The notes under the pieces: generated by a model | Seen by the model: the letters and a program-made list of their open reading frames with translations, nothing else | Databases searched by the model: none | What the model was told of the DNA's origin: nothing | In this document: piece by piece, positions 63,301 through 64,000 of the stretch | How positions within the stretch are numbered: position 1 is the stretch's first letter | How the letters are laid out: every line of letters starts with the position of its first letter | Position numbers and translations under genes: made by a program | Origin: Eledone cirrhosa | Taxonomy: Eukaryota | Direction: 5' to 3' | Length of the DNA stretch: 64,000 nucleotides | NCBI GenBank assembly: GCA_964016885.1 | Contig: OZ024755.1 | Location: 32,054,001 to 32,118,000, forward strand

Positions 63301-64000
63301 TTACTACTAGCTGAGGTACCCGGCTTTGCTTGGGAGAATAGTTAAGAGAAGGTGGATAAAAGAAAAAAATGACTGTATTGGATATATAGGGCACGCGTTG
63401 AGGTCGTATTGTGACAAAAAAGATGAGAATAAAAATAAAAAAACTTCCTTATTAAGCTGTGGGAGTAAACTGCTGATTAAATCGTAGCATTGGCCTTGGG
63501 TTTTAAATGTGAAATAACCATAGTCAGTAAGATCTTTTTCAGCTCCAAAGGATGTCATATGAAACACTGCATAACATTGCTTCTGAAGTATTTAGCTTCA
63601 TTAGTACGGTCTGTAAGTAGTATATGGATAAAAGCTGGAAGGTATATTAATTTCAAATAGTATCAATTTTTCTTGTAAAAGCTAAACAATATAAACTTTC
63701 ATGGGACGTTACTCTCTCATTTATATCTAACACTTTAATTGCATCTCTCTCTGTATAACAGCCTATCTCCCTCCCTCTGTGTCTCTCTCTCTTTAGTTGT
63801 GTGTGTCTGTGTAGTTCTCGTGTTAAAACAATAAATATCTTTCTTACTTTATATATAGATTACCTGATCTAGTATCAGTTATTTTAAAGATATAGTTACT
63901 ATTACCTGATCCAGTATCAGTTAAAGATGATATAGTTATTATTGGTTGATCTAGTATAAGTTATTTTAAAGATATATTTACTATTACCTTATCCAGTGTC

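Larger units (their letters stand above)
25140..64000. repeat. Composite satellite array: 82-bp (40+42) dimer runs alternating with ~550-bp Helitron units
   Basis: A=ttacctgatccagtatcagttaaagatgatatagttatta, B=ttggttgatctagtatcagttattttaaagatatagttacta (period 82, e.g. 26041 to 26123). About 32 whole or partial spacer elements. Runs off the window end. Confidence 0.98.

Noticed and set aside
26496-63567. Multi-copy 'MFHMTSFGAEKDLTDYGYF...' ORFs as a tandem gene family
   Set aside because: Mostly non-ATG starts, and the frames change with poly-A/T length (68-108 aa variants). No recognisable domain; they lie inside a non-coding Helitron unit.
25960-64000. CRISPR-like repeat/spacer array
   Set aside because: Eukaryotic context; the spacers are copies of one element rather than unique sequences; no cas genes.

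Overview
AT-rich eukaryotic (animal) DNA. The SINE/LINE repertoire looks octopod-cephalopod-like, which is my inference, not a database result. Bases ~2786-24987 (+) hold a complete 15-exon RUVBL2/Reptin gene. I assembled its 1386-nt CDS (461 aa) by hand: all introns are GT-AG, and it has Walker A GQPGSGKT and Walker B DEVH. Its introns and upstream region are full of TE remnants (RTE, CR1, Gypsy, Merlin, tRNA-SINEs, TTAA-flanked MITEs, non-autonomous Helitrons), four minisatellites and a Penelope-type minimal hammerhead ribozyme motif. About 45 bp after the polyA signal, a composite satellite starts and runs for the remaining ~39 kb. It consists of variable runs of an 82-bp (40+42) dimer separated by ~32 whole or partial copies of a ~550-bp non-autonomous Helitron, all at the same A|T site of the monomer. 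The array shows nested higher-order duplications and three copies of a 2.3-2.45 kb inversion cassette with template-switch junctions and an RTE insert. The repeated 'MFHMTSFG...' ORFs are non-coding by-products of the repeat.
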